DNA from: Verrucomicrobiota bacterium
GTDB taxonomy: Bacteria > Verrucomicrobiota > Verrucomicrobiia > JABWAM01
Direction: 5' to 3'
DNA: 64,000 bases
NCBI GenBank assembly: GCA_023269615.1
Contig: JAHFSY010000003.1
Span: forward strand, 87,665 to 151,664
Below are positions 1 through 8,881 of the stretch, in pieces. Made by a program: the position numbers and the translations under genes. Under the pieces are notes generated by a model. The model did not search any database. It had not been told where the DNA came from and was given only the letters and a program-made list of their open reading frames with translations. The number at the start of each line of letters is the position of its first letter. Position 1 is the stretch's first letter.

Positions 1-1
1 G

Positions 2-310
2 ATGGCCGAGAGCGGGATCTTTCCTCATTTGAAAGGCATGTCGCACGGCGACGAGATGGAGACATCGAGCCTGTTGCATCTGCGCCCCGAAACCGTCCGC
101 CTGAAACTCGCGGTGGACCCGAAGGTGGAGCCTGACCGCGAGATGCTGAGATATCTGCCATTCAAGGAGTTCAGCAAATGGACGCATTCCGGAGTGCCGA
201 CGAAATCGTCTGCGGCGCAGGGGCGTCGCGCGATCGAGTTCATGATCTCCCATTGCGTGAAAACCATCCGCAACTCGATTCGCAAAGTCGGATCGCGGCA
301 GAAGAAATAA
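2..310 (+). CDS. Creatininase-family amidohydrolase, C-terminal part (5' end lies outside the window)
   Basis: The motif 'MSHGDEMETSSLLHL' matches the creatininase HGGxxETS block. The ORF is open to the window start. Confidence 0.5.
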   Translation: MAESGIFPHLKGMSHGDEMETSSLLHLRPETVRLKLAVDPKVEPDREMLRYLPFKEFSKWTHSGVPTKSSAAQGRRAIEFMISHCVKTIRNSIRKVGSRQKK

Positions 311-502
311 AACCGGGGCGATCATTCTTGCGCTTCTTGTGCCTCTTCGTGGGCATATTCCGAAGCACCGAACGCAGAGATTGGCCGCGAAGAGGCGCAA
401 AAATCACAAGGCTGCCAACAGCAACTCCATGCCCACTCCAGATGCGTAAGCCCTGCGCTTTGCGGTTGCATGAGGGGCAAAAGCAGATAGATTGATGATT
501 CC

Positions 503-1012
503 ATGACCGCTGCACCCCAGTTGGCTTACGACTCAAAGATCGAGGGCAATGTCGTGGTCACGCGCCTGGATTCGGCGGTCAACTGGGTCCGTAAAAATTC
601 GCTCTGGCCGATGCCCCTGGGGCTGGCCTGTTGCGCGATCGAGTTGATGGCGGCGGGCGCTTCGCGGTTCGACATCGCGCGCTTTGGCGCCGAGGTGATG
701 CGCTTTTCGCCCCGTCAGGCCGACCTTCTCATTGTGGCGGGCACGGTCACCTATAAGATGGCTTCTGCGGCTAAACGGATTTACGACCAGATGCCCTCCC
801 CGAAATGGGTGATTGCGATGGGCGCGTGCGCTTCCACGGGCGGCATGTATCGCAGCTATGCGGTGTTGCAGGGCATTGACCAGCTTCTGCCGGTGGACGT
901 TTACATTTCCGGCTGCCCGCCGCGACCCGAGGCCCTGCTCGAGGGCTTGATGAAGCTTCAGAGAAAGATCGAGATGGAGCCCTCACTGCAGAGGCTCAAA
1001 GTGGCGTCGTAG
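503..1012 (+). CDS. nuoB: NADH-quinone oxidoreductase subunit B (NuoB/Nqo6, 20 kDa Fe-S subunit)
   Basis: Carries the 'GLACCAIE', 'GACASTGG' and 'SGCPP' N2-cluster cysteine motifs. It is 169 aa with full-length similarity to NuoB. No other nuo gene is adjacent. Confidence 0.9.
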   Translation: MTAAPQLAYDSKIEGNVVVTRLDSAVNWVRKNSLWPMPLGLACCAIELMAAGASRFDIARFGAEVMRFSPRQADLLIVAGTVTYKMASAAKRIYDQMPSPKWVIAMGACASTGGMYRSYAVLQGIDQLLPVDVYISGCPPRPEALLEGLMKLQRKIEMEPSLQRLKVAS

Positions 1013-1063
1013 AAACGCGGAACGGGGAATGCCGGGTTCCGACTTCTGGATTCTGACTCCTGA

Positions 1064-1918
1064 CTACTTTTCTTGTGGCTTCATCTTCACCTCGCTCCAT
1101 TCCTTTTTTGCGTCCGTGAGGTCGGCGAGAAATGCCTTGTTGGACATCAGGATGTCCATGAGCTGATGCGCCAGGAGCTGCCCGGCGGCGGTATCGCTGG
1201 TGAAGTGGAAGCCGGCCATTTCGCGATCCCATGCCACGCGGAAGGCTTCGCGCTCAAAATCCTTCGCACCTTCCGGTTTGAGTTCACGGAAGATGCTGGC
1301 AAGCACGTGCATCTGGGTGGAGTGGCCGCTTGGGTAGGCGGGGTAGGGCGGAATTTCGATGGCGGGTTTGATGCGTGGATCGAGGGCGGACGGGCGCGCC
1401 CGCAGGTATTTTTTCTTGAGGATGAGCTGGATGGCCAGCACGTCCAGCATGGTGTTTTGGAGCAGCCGTTTGGTGGCCGGCATCTTCGACAGCTTGAAAT
1501 GCTCGTCGAGCAGCCAGCCAAACGAATCGATGCCATTGCCCACTTCGCGCTTGATGTCGGTGAGATGCTGGTCGGTGCGCTTTGACTGAAGATCGAGGAT
1601 GTAATCCAGTTCTGCCCGCGTGCGCGCGGAGGTGTTGGCTGGATAATCCGGCAGGACGACATGCTTGTCCCAGTCCCCCAGATAAGCCATCTTGCGCGTG
1701 CCGTATTGCTTGAAGAAGTCCTGCCAGGCCGGATTCGAATCAGGATAGCGCAGAGCTTCCATCTTCTCATCCAGCGGTTTTGTGGGCGCACCCGAAAGCT
1801 TGGAATAGGGATCGCTCTCCGTCCGAAACACGGGGTCCTTGAACAGGGCACGGCTTTGGGCAAGGGAGGCAAGCGGGAGGGCGGCGGAGAGCAGGAGAAT
1901 CATCAAGCAGTGTTTCAT
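1064..1918 (-). CDS. Secreted PAP2-family acid phosphatase/haloperoxidase-like protein
   Basis: PAP2 signature motifs KX6RP ('KKKYLRARP'), 'PSGHS' and SRX5HX3D ('DREMAGFHFTSD'). N-terminal signal peptide 'MKHCLMILLLSAALPLASLA'. Confidence 0.7.
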   Translation of the reverse strand: MKHCLMILLLSAALPLASLAQSRALFKDPVFRTESDPYSKLSGAPTKPLDEKMEALRYPDSNPAWQDFFKQYGTRKMAYLGDWDKHVVLPDYPANTSARTRAELDYILDLQSKRTDQHLTDIKREVGNGIDSFGWLLDEHFKLSKMPATKRLLQNTMLDVLAIQLILKKKYLRARPSALDPRIKPAIEIPPYPAYPSGHSTQMHVLASIFRELKPEGAKDFEREAFRVAWDREMAGFHFTSDTAAGQLLAHQLMDILMSNKAFLADLTDAKKEWSEVKMKPQEK

Positions 1919-1932
1919 GTGCGATGGCCTTG

Positions 1933-3255
1933 TTAAGGGATCTTGTTTGGGCGGGTGTTTCCTGCGGCGGTCGGCTCGGATTGGGACAGGTAACCCAGCA
2001 GCACGAAAATGGGCCACGAATTGCCCGCCATGTAAAGGTCATAGTCCACGAGCGAATGCAACGCGAAGACCGCGCACGCGCACCATATGAGAAGGGGGGA
2101 AATCCGTTCGCGGGAAGGTGCGAGACGCCAGCGGCGCAGCCAGAGCAGGAGGGTGCCCGGCAGCCAGAGCGCAAAAGTCACGAATCCCGGCAGGCCGCTG
2201 TCCGACCACATTTGCAGATAGTTATTGTGAACCAGGCGCGTCTCCTCCGCCTCGGGGGATTTGTAGCGCGGGTACATGGCTTGGAAAGTGCCGGGCCCGG
2301 TTCCGAGCAGGGGGTGCTCGCAGCCGATGTGTGCCGCAGCCTTATAGTATGCCAGGCGCGATGACCCGCTGGTCTCAAACCATTCCACCACGGAGCCGTG
2401 GCCGTGCCACAGATAAAAAATCGTCAACAGCCCGAAACAGATCACCGAGGGAACCAGCAGCGTCAGCAGGCTGCGGCGGGTGCTCCAGATAAAGGCGGCT
2501 GAGGCCAGGATGACGAACACGGCCAGGCTGGCCCTGGACTGGGATTTCCAAAGGCAGAAAAACAGGGCGGCTGACATGGCGGCCCCCACGATGCGGCGCC
2601 CCCTGCGTTCACTGGCACCCTCCGCATTCCAGCACCACCAGCCACCAATAAAGAGTGCTGCTGCCGCCCATGCGCCGAGTGCGTTGGGTGAGGTGAAAGT
2701 GGCAAAAATCCGCTTCATTTCGAGACGATGGAGCAGGTCTGTCTGCTGGGCGGTGGTGGATGGATGCTCCCGCACCATCCGTTCCATGGCTTCAAATCCC
2801 ACTGAAAGCTGAATGAGCCCGCTGGCCGTCACCAAAACGCCCGCAGCCAGCCAGCCGAATGCGAGCCAGTCCAGGTCATTGCGGTCGCGAATCATCCGCG
2901 CGCCCAGCCAGAAGGCGGCGGCGAGGCTGAAGAATAATCCAAGGACGGAACCGCTCGTTGTGGCGTCCACGCTTGCACCAGTGGAGAAGCACTGGGCCAC
3001 CAGAAAACCCAGCGGCATCCATCCCCAGCGGATGCTCCATGATTCCTTTCCCGCAACCATGACTGCAGCTGCAAGGAGCATCACCCACAGGACGTGGAAA
3101 ACGACGATGGGCCACGGCTGGAAAATCCAGTTCGCCAGGCCGGAAGGCCAGGGAGTGAGATGGTGGAGAACGGCGGCCTCGGTGAATTTCAAGGGGGCGA
3201 GAAACGATAGCGCGGCAATGCCGATCACCACTTTGTTCCGATGGGATTTGCTCAT
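1933..3255 (-). CDS. O-antigen ligase (WaaL/Wzy_C) family polytopic membrane protein
   Basis: Has 10 or more predicted TM helices. The periplasmic-loop motif 'HNNYLQMWSDSG' is typical of the O-antigen ligase domain. Start taken at the MSKSHRN codon. Confidence 0.6.
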   Translation of the reverse strand: MSKSHRNKVVIGIAALSFLAPLKFTEAAVLHHLTPWPSGLANWIFQPWPIVVFHVLWVMLLAAAVMVAGKESWSIRWGWMPLGFLVAQCFSTGASVDATTSGSVLGLFFSLAAAFWLGARMIRDRNDLDWLAFGWLAAGVLVTASGLIQLSVGFEAMERMVREHPSTTAQQTDLLHRLEMKRIFATFTSPNALGAWAAAALFIGGWWCWNAEGASERRGRRIVGAAMSAALFFCLWKSQSRASLAVFVILASAAFIWSTRRSLLTLLVPSVICFGLLTIFYLWHGHGSVVEWFETSGSSRLAYYKAAAHIGCEHPLLGTGPGTFQAMYPRYKSPEAEETRLVHNNYLQMWSDSGLPGFVTFALWLPGTLLLWLRRWRLAPSRERISPLLIWCACAVFALHSLVDYDLYMAGNSWPIFVLLGYLSQSEPTAAGNTRPNKIP

Positions 3256-3290
3256 AATTATGACGGAAAACAGTAGGCTCCATAAACGTT

Positions 3291-3310
3291 CAAAAAAAAA
3301 CAAAAAAAAG
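3291..3310. repeat. A9-C-A8 homopolymeric tract in a divergent promoter region
   Basis: 'caaaaaaaaacaaaaaaaag' lies between the O-antigen ligase (minus strand) and an OMP gene (plus strand) in a 60 percent GC background. Confidence 0.4.
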
Positions 3311-3350
3311 TATTGCCAGACTTCACCATATTCATTAATCTTTGCGCCCT

Positions 3351-4325
3351 ATGAAAAAAATCAAAGTTTTTACCCTTTCCGTTCTTTCCATTTCCATGCT
3401 GTTTTGGGCCAACTATCGCTCTGCGATCGTCGGCGTCGGAGCAGCAAACATGCTTTGCCTGATCAGTCAGGCGTCCATGTACAACATCCCTACTGCGGAC
3501 GAGGCGGCAGACCGTGCCACCACCCAGAATAGCAGCCCCAGCATGACGCAGTCCGATGGCACGATCGGTGCCTTGGGCGGCTCGCTTGCCAGTCCTCGCG
3601 GAAACGGCAAGGGCTTCCAGTTCAAGAATCCCGTGGTGACCCCTGGGTTTTCGTATCGCTCGTACGATGACGGTGCGACTGGCGGGTTCGCCGGCAATGA
3701 AATGGGCGGCGACATCAGCATGGACGCTGACATCTACGACGGCCTGATCGCGGGTCTCTTTTACCAGCACCTCTATCGTGGCGGCTCCAACCAGTTCGCC
3801 ACCAGCGAGCGTCTCGAATCAAACGGAATCTCCCTCTATGCGGGCAAGCGTTTCTTCGACCTGATGAACGTCGGCTTGTCCTACAACCACGCCTGGACCG
3901 ATCATCGGCTGACTCGTGGCGTGACCCGCAACCTGGATCGCGATTCCGATGGTTTCACGGTATTGTGGGGTGCCAGCGATCGCATGGGTCACTGGAGCTG
4001 GAATGTGACTCCTTCGCTCACCTACGTGCACGATGCCTATTCCAAGCAGAAGGCCTTGGACACCTCCCGCATGACCGTGGGCATGGGGCTCAACTATGAT
4101 GCCGCGAAGTGGCTCACTGTGGGCGGCGCGCTCAATTACAACGTGTTCCTCCAGCAAGATTCGTTCACGGGTGGGGCTCTCGATAATGACTACATCACCA
4201 TCGGGCCTCGCTTGCGGTTCATCCCCCTGGAGAACTTCGCCATCAACTTGGATTTCGACGACCAGGAAGGCTTCAAGAACTACCGTTCCTACGCAGCTCA
4301 CATCGGATTTGAATACGCATTCTGA
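3351..4325 (+). CDS. Hypothetical outer-membrane beta-barrel protein
   Basis: Signal peptide, alternating amphipathic beta-strand pattern, and C-terminal 'FEYAF' ending in an aromatic residue. Confidence 0.4.
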   Translation: MKKIKVFTLSVLSISMLFWANYRSAIVGVGAANMLCLISQASMYNIPTADEAADRATTQNSSPSMTQSDGTIGALGGSLASPRGNGKGFQFKNPVVTPGFSYRSYDDGATGGFAGNEMGGDISMDADIYDGLIAGLFYQHLYRGGSNQFATSERLESNGISLYAGKRFFDLMNVGLSYNHAWTDHRLTRGVTRNLDRDSDGFTVLWGASDRMGHWSWNVTPSLTYVHDAYSKQKALDTSRMTVGMGLNYDAAKWLTVGGALNYNVFLQQDSFTGGALDNDYITIGPRLRFIPLENFAINLDFDDQEGFKNYRSYAAHIGFEYAF

Positions 4326-4355
4326 TCCTGGGTTTGCTTCTCACCTGGGTTTCCA

Positions 4356-5405
4356 TTGAAAAAACTCCTTCACGCCCTTGCGGGCCTTCTGGCCCTGCAA
4401 GCGGCGTCGGTGTTTGCCGACGATAATAAGTTCGAGTCATTCTCCATTCAGAAGGTGAGTGGGAGTGCCTCGAAGATCAAGGCGGCCGGGGCTTCCGACT
4501 TCAAGGCGGCCCAGCCAAGCGAAACCTACAAGGCTGGATCGGTTGGGAAAACGGGCGACCAGAGTACCATCACGATCGCGTTTGACGCCGAGAACCAATT
4601 CCGTCTCCTGCCCAACACCGAGGTTTCCATTTCCACTTCCACGCGGGATCCCAAGTTCCGTAAAGTCGTGGACCTGACGATGGAAAAAGGAGGGGTCAAG
4701 GTGGACCTCGATAATTTTCCTAAAAATTATCAGCTCAGGGTCCAGACTCCCACAGCCGTATGCGGCGCAGTTGGAACAAGATTTGAGGTGACGAGCAGCA
4801 AGGACGGCACATCAAACAATTTTCAGTGTGACCGCGGCTCGATCTCCGCCAAGTCCATTGATGACAATGGTTTTGATGCGCCCGTGATCAGCAAGGGGCA
4901 GACCCTTCAGGCCAAAGCCGCACCGGGCAAGGACAATTCCTACACGCAGCTCAGCACCCAGGGCGGCGACATGCAGGTTGCGGTGGGATCATCCGAAAAA
5001 GTCAACGTGGCTGAAAACAGTTCGTTTGAGTACGCGAAGGAACGTGGTAACAACCCGGTCGCCCTGCATGTCAAAAAGGGCAGCGTGGGTGGCAATAAGG
5101 AAGGCCACTATCTTGTGGATGGTGACAAAGTTCAGGATTTCGCAAAGAAAGAAAATGGCCCCGCCCTTATGGACGATTATATCGTTGCCGCGCAAAAGGA
5201 AGGCGATACCAAGGCCAAACTGGGCATGGCGAAGGATGACGCAACAAAGGAAAAGTTGGAGGAACAGCTCGACAGGGACGCCAAGGATGCCAATGAAAAA
5301 CGGAAGGCCATGATGGAATTCCGACGGGTTCTTGGTGATACGATTGGCAGCGGATTGCGCCAGACGATGGGTGGGAGTCGTCCTACGTCGTCGATGGGAC
5401 ACTGA
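4356..5405 (+). CDS. Secreted hypothetical protein with a Lys/Glu/Asp-rich C-terminal tail (TTG start)
   Basis: Classic signal peptide 'MKKLLHALAGLLALQAASVFA'. No recognisable catalytic motifs. Charged, repetitive C-terminus. Confidence 0.4.
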   Translation: MKKLLHALAGLLALQAASVFADDNKFESFSIQKVSGSASKIKAAGASDFKAAQPSETYKAGSVGKTGDQSTITIAFDAENQFRLLPNTEVSISTSTRDPKFRKVVDLTMEKGGVKVDLDNFPKNYQLRVQTPTAVCGAVGTRFEVTSSKDGTSNNFQCDRGSISAKSIDDNGFDAPVISKGQTLQAKAAPGKDNSYTQLSTQGGDMQVAVGSSEKVNVAENSSFEYAKERGNNPVALHVKKGSVGGNKEGHYLVDGDKVQDFAKKENGPALMDDYIVAAQKEGDTKAKLGMAKDDATKEKLEEQLDRDAKDANEKRKAMMEFRRVLGDTIGSGLRQTMGGSRPTSSMGH

Positions 5406-5457
5406 GTTGGTGCGGGCGTTCGTTCCCGCTTCTGTATCATTTCATGGTGTCCCTTCC

Positions 5458-6294
5458 ATGTTGCTTCGTAACCTCCTGGCGTGTTGTCTTGGTCCGTTGC
5501 TGGCACCTTTCGTCCTGTCCGCGCCACCCTACGAATGGGCCACACCGGTCCGGCTGACCTCGGCCACCTGCACGGAATTTTCCGGGGTCAGCAGCCTTCC
5601 TCTCACCGCGGAGACGGTTTCTTTGCTGAAATTCTCTGCGGACAACGGTCTCGCCCTGCCCATGCGCGGGAGTGATGTGTGGAGCAATGGCTCGGGCGAC
5701 GAGATGTTGAAATGGCTGGGCTCCCTTGCAGAACAAAACCAGCCCGACACCACGCTGATTCTCTATTTCTCGACGCATCAGCTCAAGGACGGAAACACCC
5801 GCTTTACCGATGGCCCCGACCTGGAGCCGACACGACTGGTGGACGCCATCAACAAGGCTGCTGGACATTACAAGCGGGTTCTCTTCATCAACGACAGTTG
5901 TTACGGCACTGCGCTCGAAAGGGGCGGGAGTTTTGCAGACAATGTCATCCGGCTTTATTCCGCGAGGAGCGACGAGCTTTCCATGGAATTCAAATTCAAC
6001 AAGGGCCCCTACGGGCTGGAGGAATTTGTGGAGAAGGAGAGGGTTTTTCTTCGCGCCAACTGGAATTGGGATCCACCCGGCATGGGCCTCCTCGGAATCA
6101 TGGGACTCAAGGCCGGACTGCATTTCCGCGAGGAATCCCCCGCCACGATTGACCTCCAACATTTTGTAGATGAGTTGAGCCGCTTCCGTGATCTCTATAA
6201 CGAGGAAATCCGGCAGGCACGCGCCCAGCACCTCACGCTGATCCCCGCCAGCGCCAATTTCGACATCCTGAAACGCTCGCATCCCCCGGAGTAG
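5458..6294 (+). CDS. Caspase-like (peptidase C14/CHAT-type His-Cys dyad) domain protein
   Basis: 'LILYFSTHQ' matches the caspase His block and 'FINDSCYG' the catalytic Cys block. Hydrophobic N-terminus. Lies directly upstream of the CHASE2 cyclase. Confidence 0.4.
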   Translation: MLLRNLLACCLGPLLAPFVLSAPPYEWATPVRLTSATCTEFSGVSSLPLTAETVSLLKFSADNGLALPMRGSDVWSNGSGDEMLKWLGSLAEQNQPDTTLILYFSTHQLKDGNTRFTDGPDLEPTRLVDAINKAAGHYKRVLFINDSCYGTALERGGSFADNVIRLYSARSDELSMEFKFNKGPYGLEEFVEKERVFLRANWNWDPPGMGLLGIMGLKAGLHFREESPATIDLQHFVDELSRFRDLYNEEIRQARAQHLTLIPASANFDILKRSHPPE

Positions 6295-6309
6295 GTTTCC
6301 AGGCACACC

Positions 6310-8784
6310 ATGAAGCGATCCCATCGAGCCATCTTTCTCATCTGTGTGATCATCTGGCTCATTGCCGCCGGGGCGATGCAATTCGGATGGGTCGAAAACC
6401 TGGAAATGAAGACCGTGGATGCGAGGTTTCGTCTTCGTCATCTAGTGATGAAATACTTCAAATGCGTCACGGTTTCCGACCAGGTGATTCTCGTGGGGGT
6501 GGACGAAAAATCGGTGGATCCCTTGAACAGCCACGCCGACCGATGGGGCGTCGGGGGCTGGTTGACCCGCGACCACTGGATTGATGCGTTGGGCCCGCTG
6601 GTCAATCATTTCAAGCCCAAGGTGGTGGCTTACGACATCATTTTTTCTCCGTTTCGCACCCCACATCGAGTCCAGGACAAGTCGGGCGGCGATGATACGC
6701 TGGTTGATACCACTCTGCAGAAAAGCAAGGAGACATTTTCAAAGCTGATCAATGATCCGGATTTTCCAAGAATCAAGTTGCTCAACCTGCTGGATGAAGC
6801 CTGCAACACGACCATGGCGTCCAGGTTTTACGACATTGAGGATTCCCGTGCTGCCGGCAAGACGATGCCTCATTTCATCACGGCTTGCTCGTTAACCTAC
6901 ACGAATATTGATCACGCGGTATTGTGGGACCCGTTGAAGGAGTCGGACAAGAAGAAGATTGGGCGGCTGGTGCCACGGCAAATTTCCTCCGAATGTCTCG
7001 GGCCGGTGCCATCGGACTATCTCTATGGACACAACGCGGGACTCCCCTTCGACGATCTGGTGGATTCCCCGATCCGCATGGCCTCCATCAATGTCCCGCG
7101 CGATGAGGACGGCACCTTGCGGCGTGTCCCCCTGGTGATCGGGTTCCGCAATCCGCTTGATGGAGACAAACCTGTATTCATCCCGTCCATGTCGCTCATG
7201 GCGTGCCTGATTTATCTTGGCCTCGACGCCGATCCATCCCAGTGGAAGGGTGATCCCAGGTCTCCCCAGGGCATGCACGTGGACTTTGGCAGGGAGCTTC
7301 ATGTGTGGGCTCCCGGGCGGGACATCCGGATCCCCATTGATTCGCAGGGAAGGATGTTTTTGAATTTTGCCGGCACGATCCCGGATTATTACCAGGTTCC
7401 CTACGTGGCGGTTTCGGATTACGGCGAGGTGCTGGCCGCGGAAAACTCGCTGAGTCCGGAACAGCGAAAGCAGGCGGAGGTGGCGCTGGACACCGCCCAC
7501 CGGATGCAGAAACGGTTGCAGGGCAGGATTGCCCTCATCGGATTGACGTTCACCGGTGGCACCGACGTGGGGCCATGCGCGGTGGATTCCAACACGCCGC
7601 TGGTTTTCATTCACATGACGGCCATTGACAATATTCTGCGGGAGAGTTTTTTGCGTCCGATGAACCATGCCTGGACCGTGGCGCTGCTCACCGTGTTGCT
7701 GGGGTTGATCGGCTGGATCAACACGCATCGCAGCGCAGGGGCGTCGGCGCGCAACACGGTGGCGTTATTGCTGGGCACGGAGCTCATGGCGTTGGTCTTG
7801 TTTTTTGCGAACATCACGATCGTGCCGATGATGGTGACAGGGTTGCCCATGCTGGTCGCCGTTGGGGCCATCTCGCTTTTTCGCTACGGGGTGGAGCAAA
7901 AGGGAAGAATGGAAATCCGGAAAAAATTCTCGGCGATGGTTTCTGGAAAGGTGCTCCAGTACATGGAGGAGCATCCGGAAAAAATTTCCGGCGAACGCCG
8001 CGAAGTCACGATGTTCTTCTCGGACGTGGCGGGTTTCACCAGCATGTCCGAAAAACTTTCGCCGGAAAAACTCGGCAAGATTCTGAACGATTACCTCACG
8101 CCCATGGCTGACCTGATCCTGGCTCATGATGGCTACTTGAATAAATTTGCAGGGGACGGGATCATGGCCGTATGGGGCGTGCCTTACCCGGATCTCAACC
8201 ACGCCTCGCTGGCCTGCATGGCCGCGTTGCAACAACAGGTGAAGATTCAGGAGTTGAAGCCTGTTTTTCGCGAGCAATTCGGTTTGGAGTTGAAGGTCCG
8301 CATGGGATTGAATACGGGTGTGGTTTCGGCGGGAAACATGGGGTCCAAAAACCGCTACGAATACACGGTGATGGGCGACGCCGTGAATTTTGCAGCGCGC
8401 CTCGAGCCTTCCAACAAGGAATACGGCACCTCCATCATGATCGGCGAACAAACGCATCTTGAGGCGAAGGATGTGGTCATCACGCGACGTCTCGACCGCC
8501 TTGTGGTCACGGGCAAGACGGAACCCGTGCAGGTGTATGAGCTGGTGGGTCGCAAAGGGGATGTTTCCGAGGAAAAGATTCGCGGTCTCCGGGTCTTCGA
8601 GGAGGGTTTGGAATTGTATTGGAAGCGCGAATGGGAGAAGGCGCTGGAGGCGTTTCATGAAACACAGCGTCTCATCCCGCACGATCCCCCTGCCCAGGTT
8701 TTCATCCATCGGGCCAAACATTTCCAGTTGCATCCCCCGCCCGAAGGCTGGAAGGGCGAATACAAACGCGCCAGCAAGGATTGA
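6310..8784 (+). CDS. CHASE2 sensor-domain class III adenylate/guanylate cyclase with a C-terminal TPR-like region
   Basis: N-terminal TM plus a large extracytoplasmic CHASE2-like region, then TM helices, then a cyclase domain ('FFSDVAGFTSMSE', 'FAGDGIMAVWG', 'YTVMGDAVNFAARLE'). Confidence 0.8.
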   Translation: MKRSHRAIFLICVIIWLIAAGAMQFGWVENLEMKTVDARFRLRHLVMKYFKCVTVSDQVILVGVDEKSVDPLNSHADRWGVGGWLTRDHWIDALGPLVNHFKPKVVAYDIIFSPFRTPHRVQDKSGGDDTLVDTTLQKSKETFSKLINDPDFPRIKLLNLLDEACNTTMASRFYDIEDSRAAGKTMPHFITACSLTYTNIDHAVLWDPLKESDKKKIGRLVPRQISSECLGPVPSDYLYGHNAGLPFDDLVDSPIRMASINVPRDEDGTLRRVPLVIGFRNPLDGDKPVFIPSMSLMACLIYLGLDADPSQWKGDPRSPQGMHVDFGRELHVWAPGRDIRIPIDSQGRMFLNFAGTIPDYYQVPYVAVSDYGEVLAAENSLSPEQRKQAEVALDTAHRMQKRLQGRIALIGLTFTGGTDVGPCAVDSNTPLVFIHMTAIDNILRESFLRPMNHAWTVALLTVLLGLIGWINTHRSAGASARNTVALLLGTELMALVLFFANITIVPMMVTGLPMLVAVGAISLFRYGVEQKGRMEIRKKFSAMVSGKVLQYMEEHPEKISGERREVTMFFSDVAGFTSMSEKLSPEKLGKILNDYLTPMADLILAHDGYLNKFAGDGIMAVWGVPYPDLNHASLACMAALQQQVKIQELKPVFREQFGLELKVRMGLNTGVVSAGNMGSKNRYEYTVMGDAVNFAARLEPSNKEYGTSIMIGEQTHLEAKDVVITRRLDRLVVTGKTEPVQVYELVGRKGDVSEEKIRGLRVFEEGLELYWKREWEKALEAFHETQRLIPHDPPAQVFIHRAKHFQLHPPPEGWKGEYKRASKD

Positions 8785-8823
8785 TTCTGGCCGATTCCGT
8801 AAAAAGTCCCCTTTAAAGTCGGC

Positions 8824-8852
8824 TTGCCCCAGGACCTTGAATCGGGTATAGT
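8824..8852 (+). promoter_or_regulatory. Sigma-70-like promoter candidate (TTGCCC-N17-TATAGT) upstream of nifS
   Basis: Hexamer spacing read directly from the sequence. Lies 30 nt upstream of the nifS ATG. Confidence 0.25.
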
Positions 8853-8881
8853 GAAAAGTCCCACCCGAAAAGGACCTCCGT

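Noticed and set aside
503-1012. Possibility that the isolated NuoB and NuoD are small and large subunits of an energy-converting [NiFe] hydrogenase.
   Set aside because: NuoD here ends with the complex-I type C-terminus and lacks the CxxC Ni-binding pairs. No hyp or ech membrane-subunit genes are nearby.
1147-1872. Long antisense or overlapping ORFs throughout the window (for example 1147-1872 minus, 5437-6441 minus, 6892-7728 minus, 7765-8907 minus, 15797-17104 minus, 36606-37775 minus, 40252-41739 minus, 42307-43902 minus, 46313-47539 minus).
   Set aside because: They run antisense or out of frame to genes with strong family-level similarity. Their translations are Arg/Pro/Ala-rich low-complexity sequence typical of high-GC shadow ORFs. 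None has recognisable motifs.
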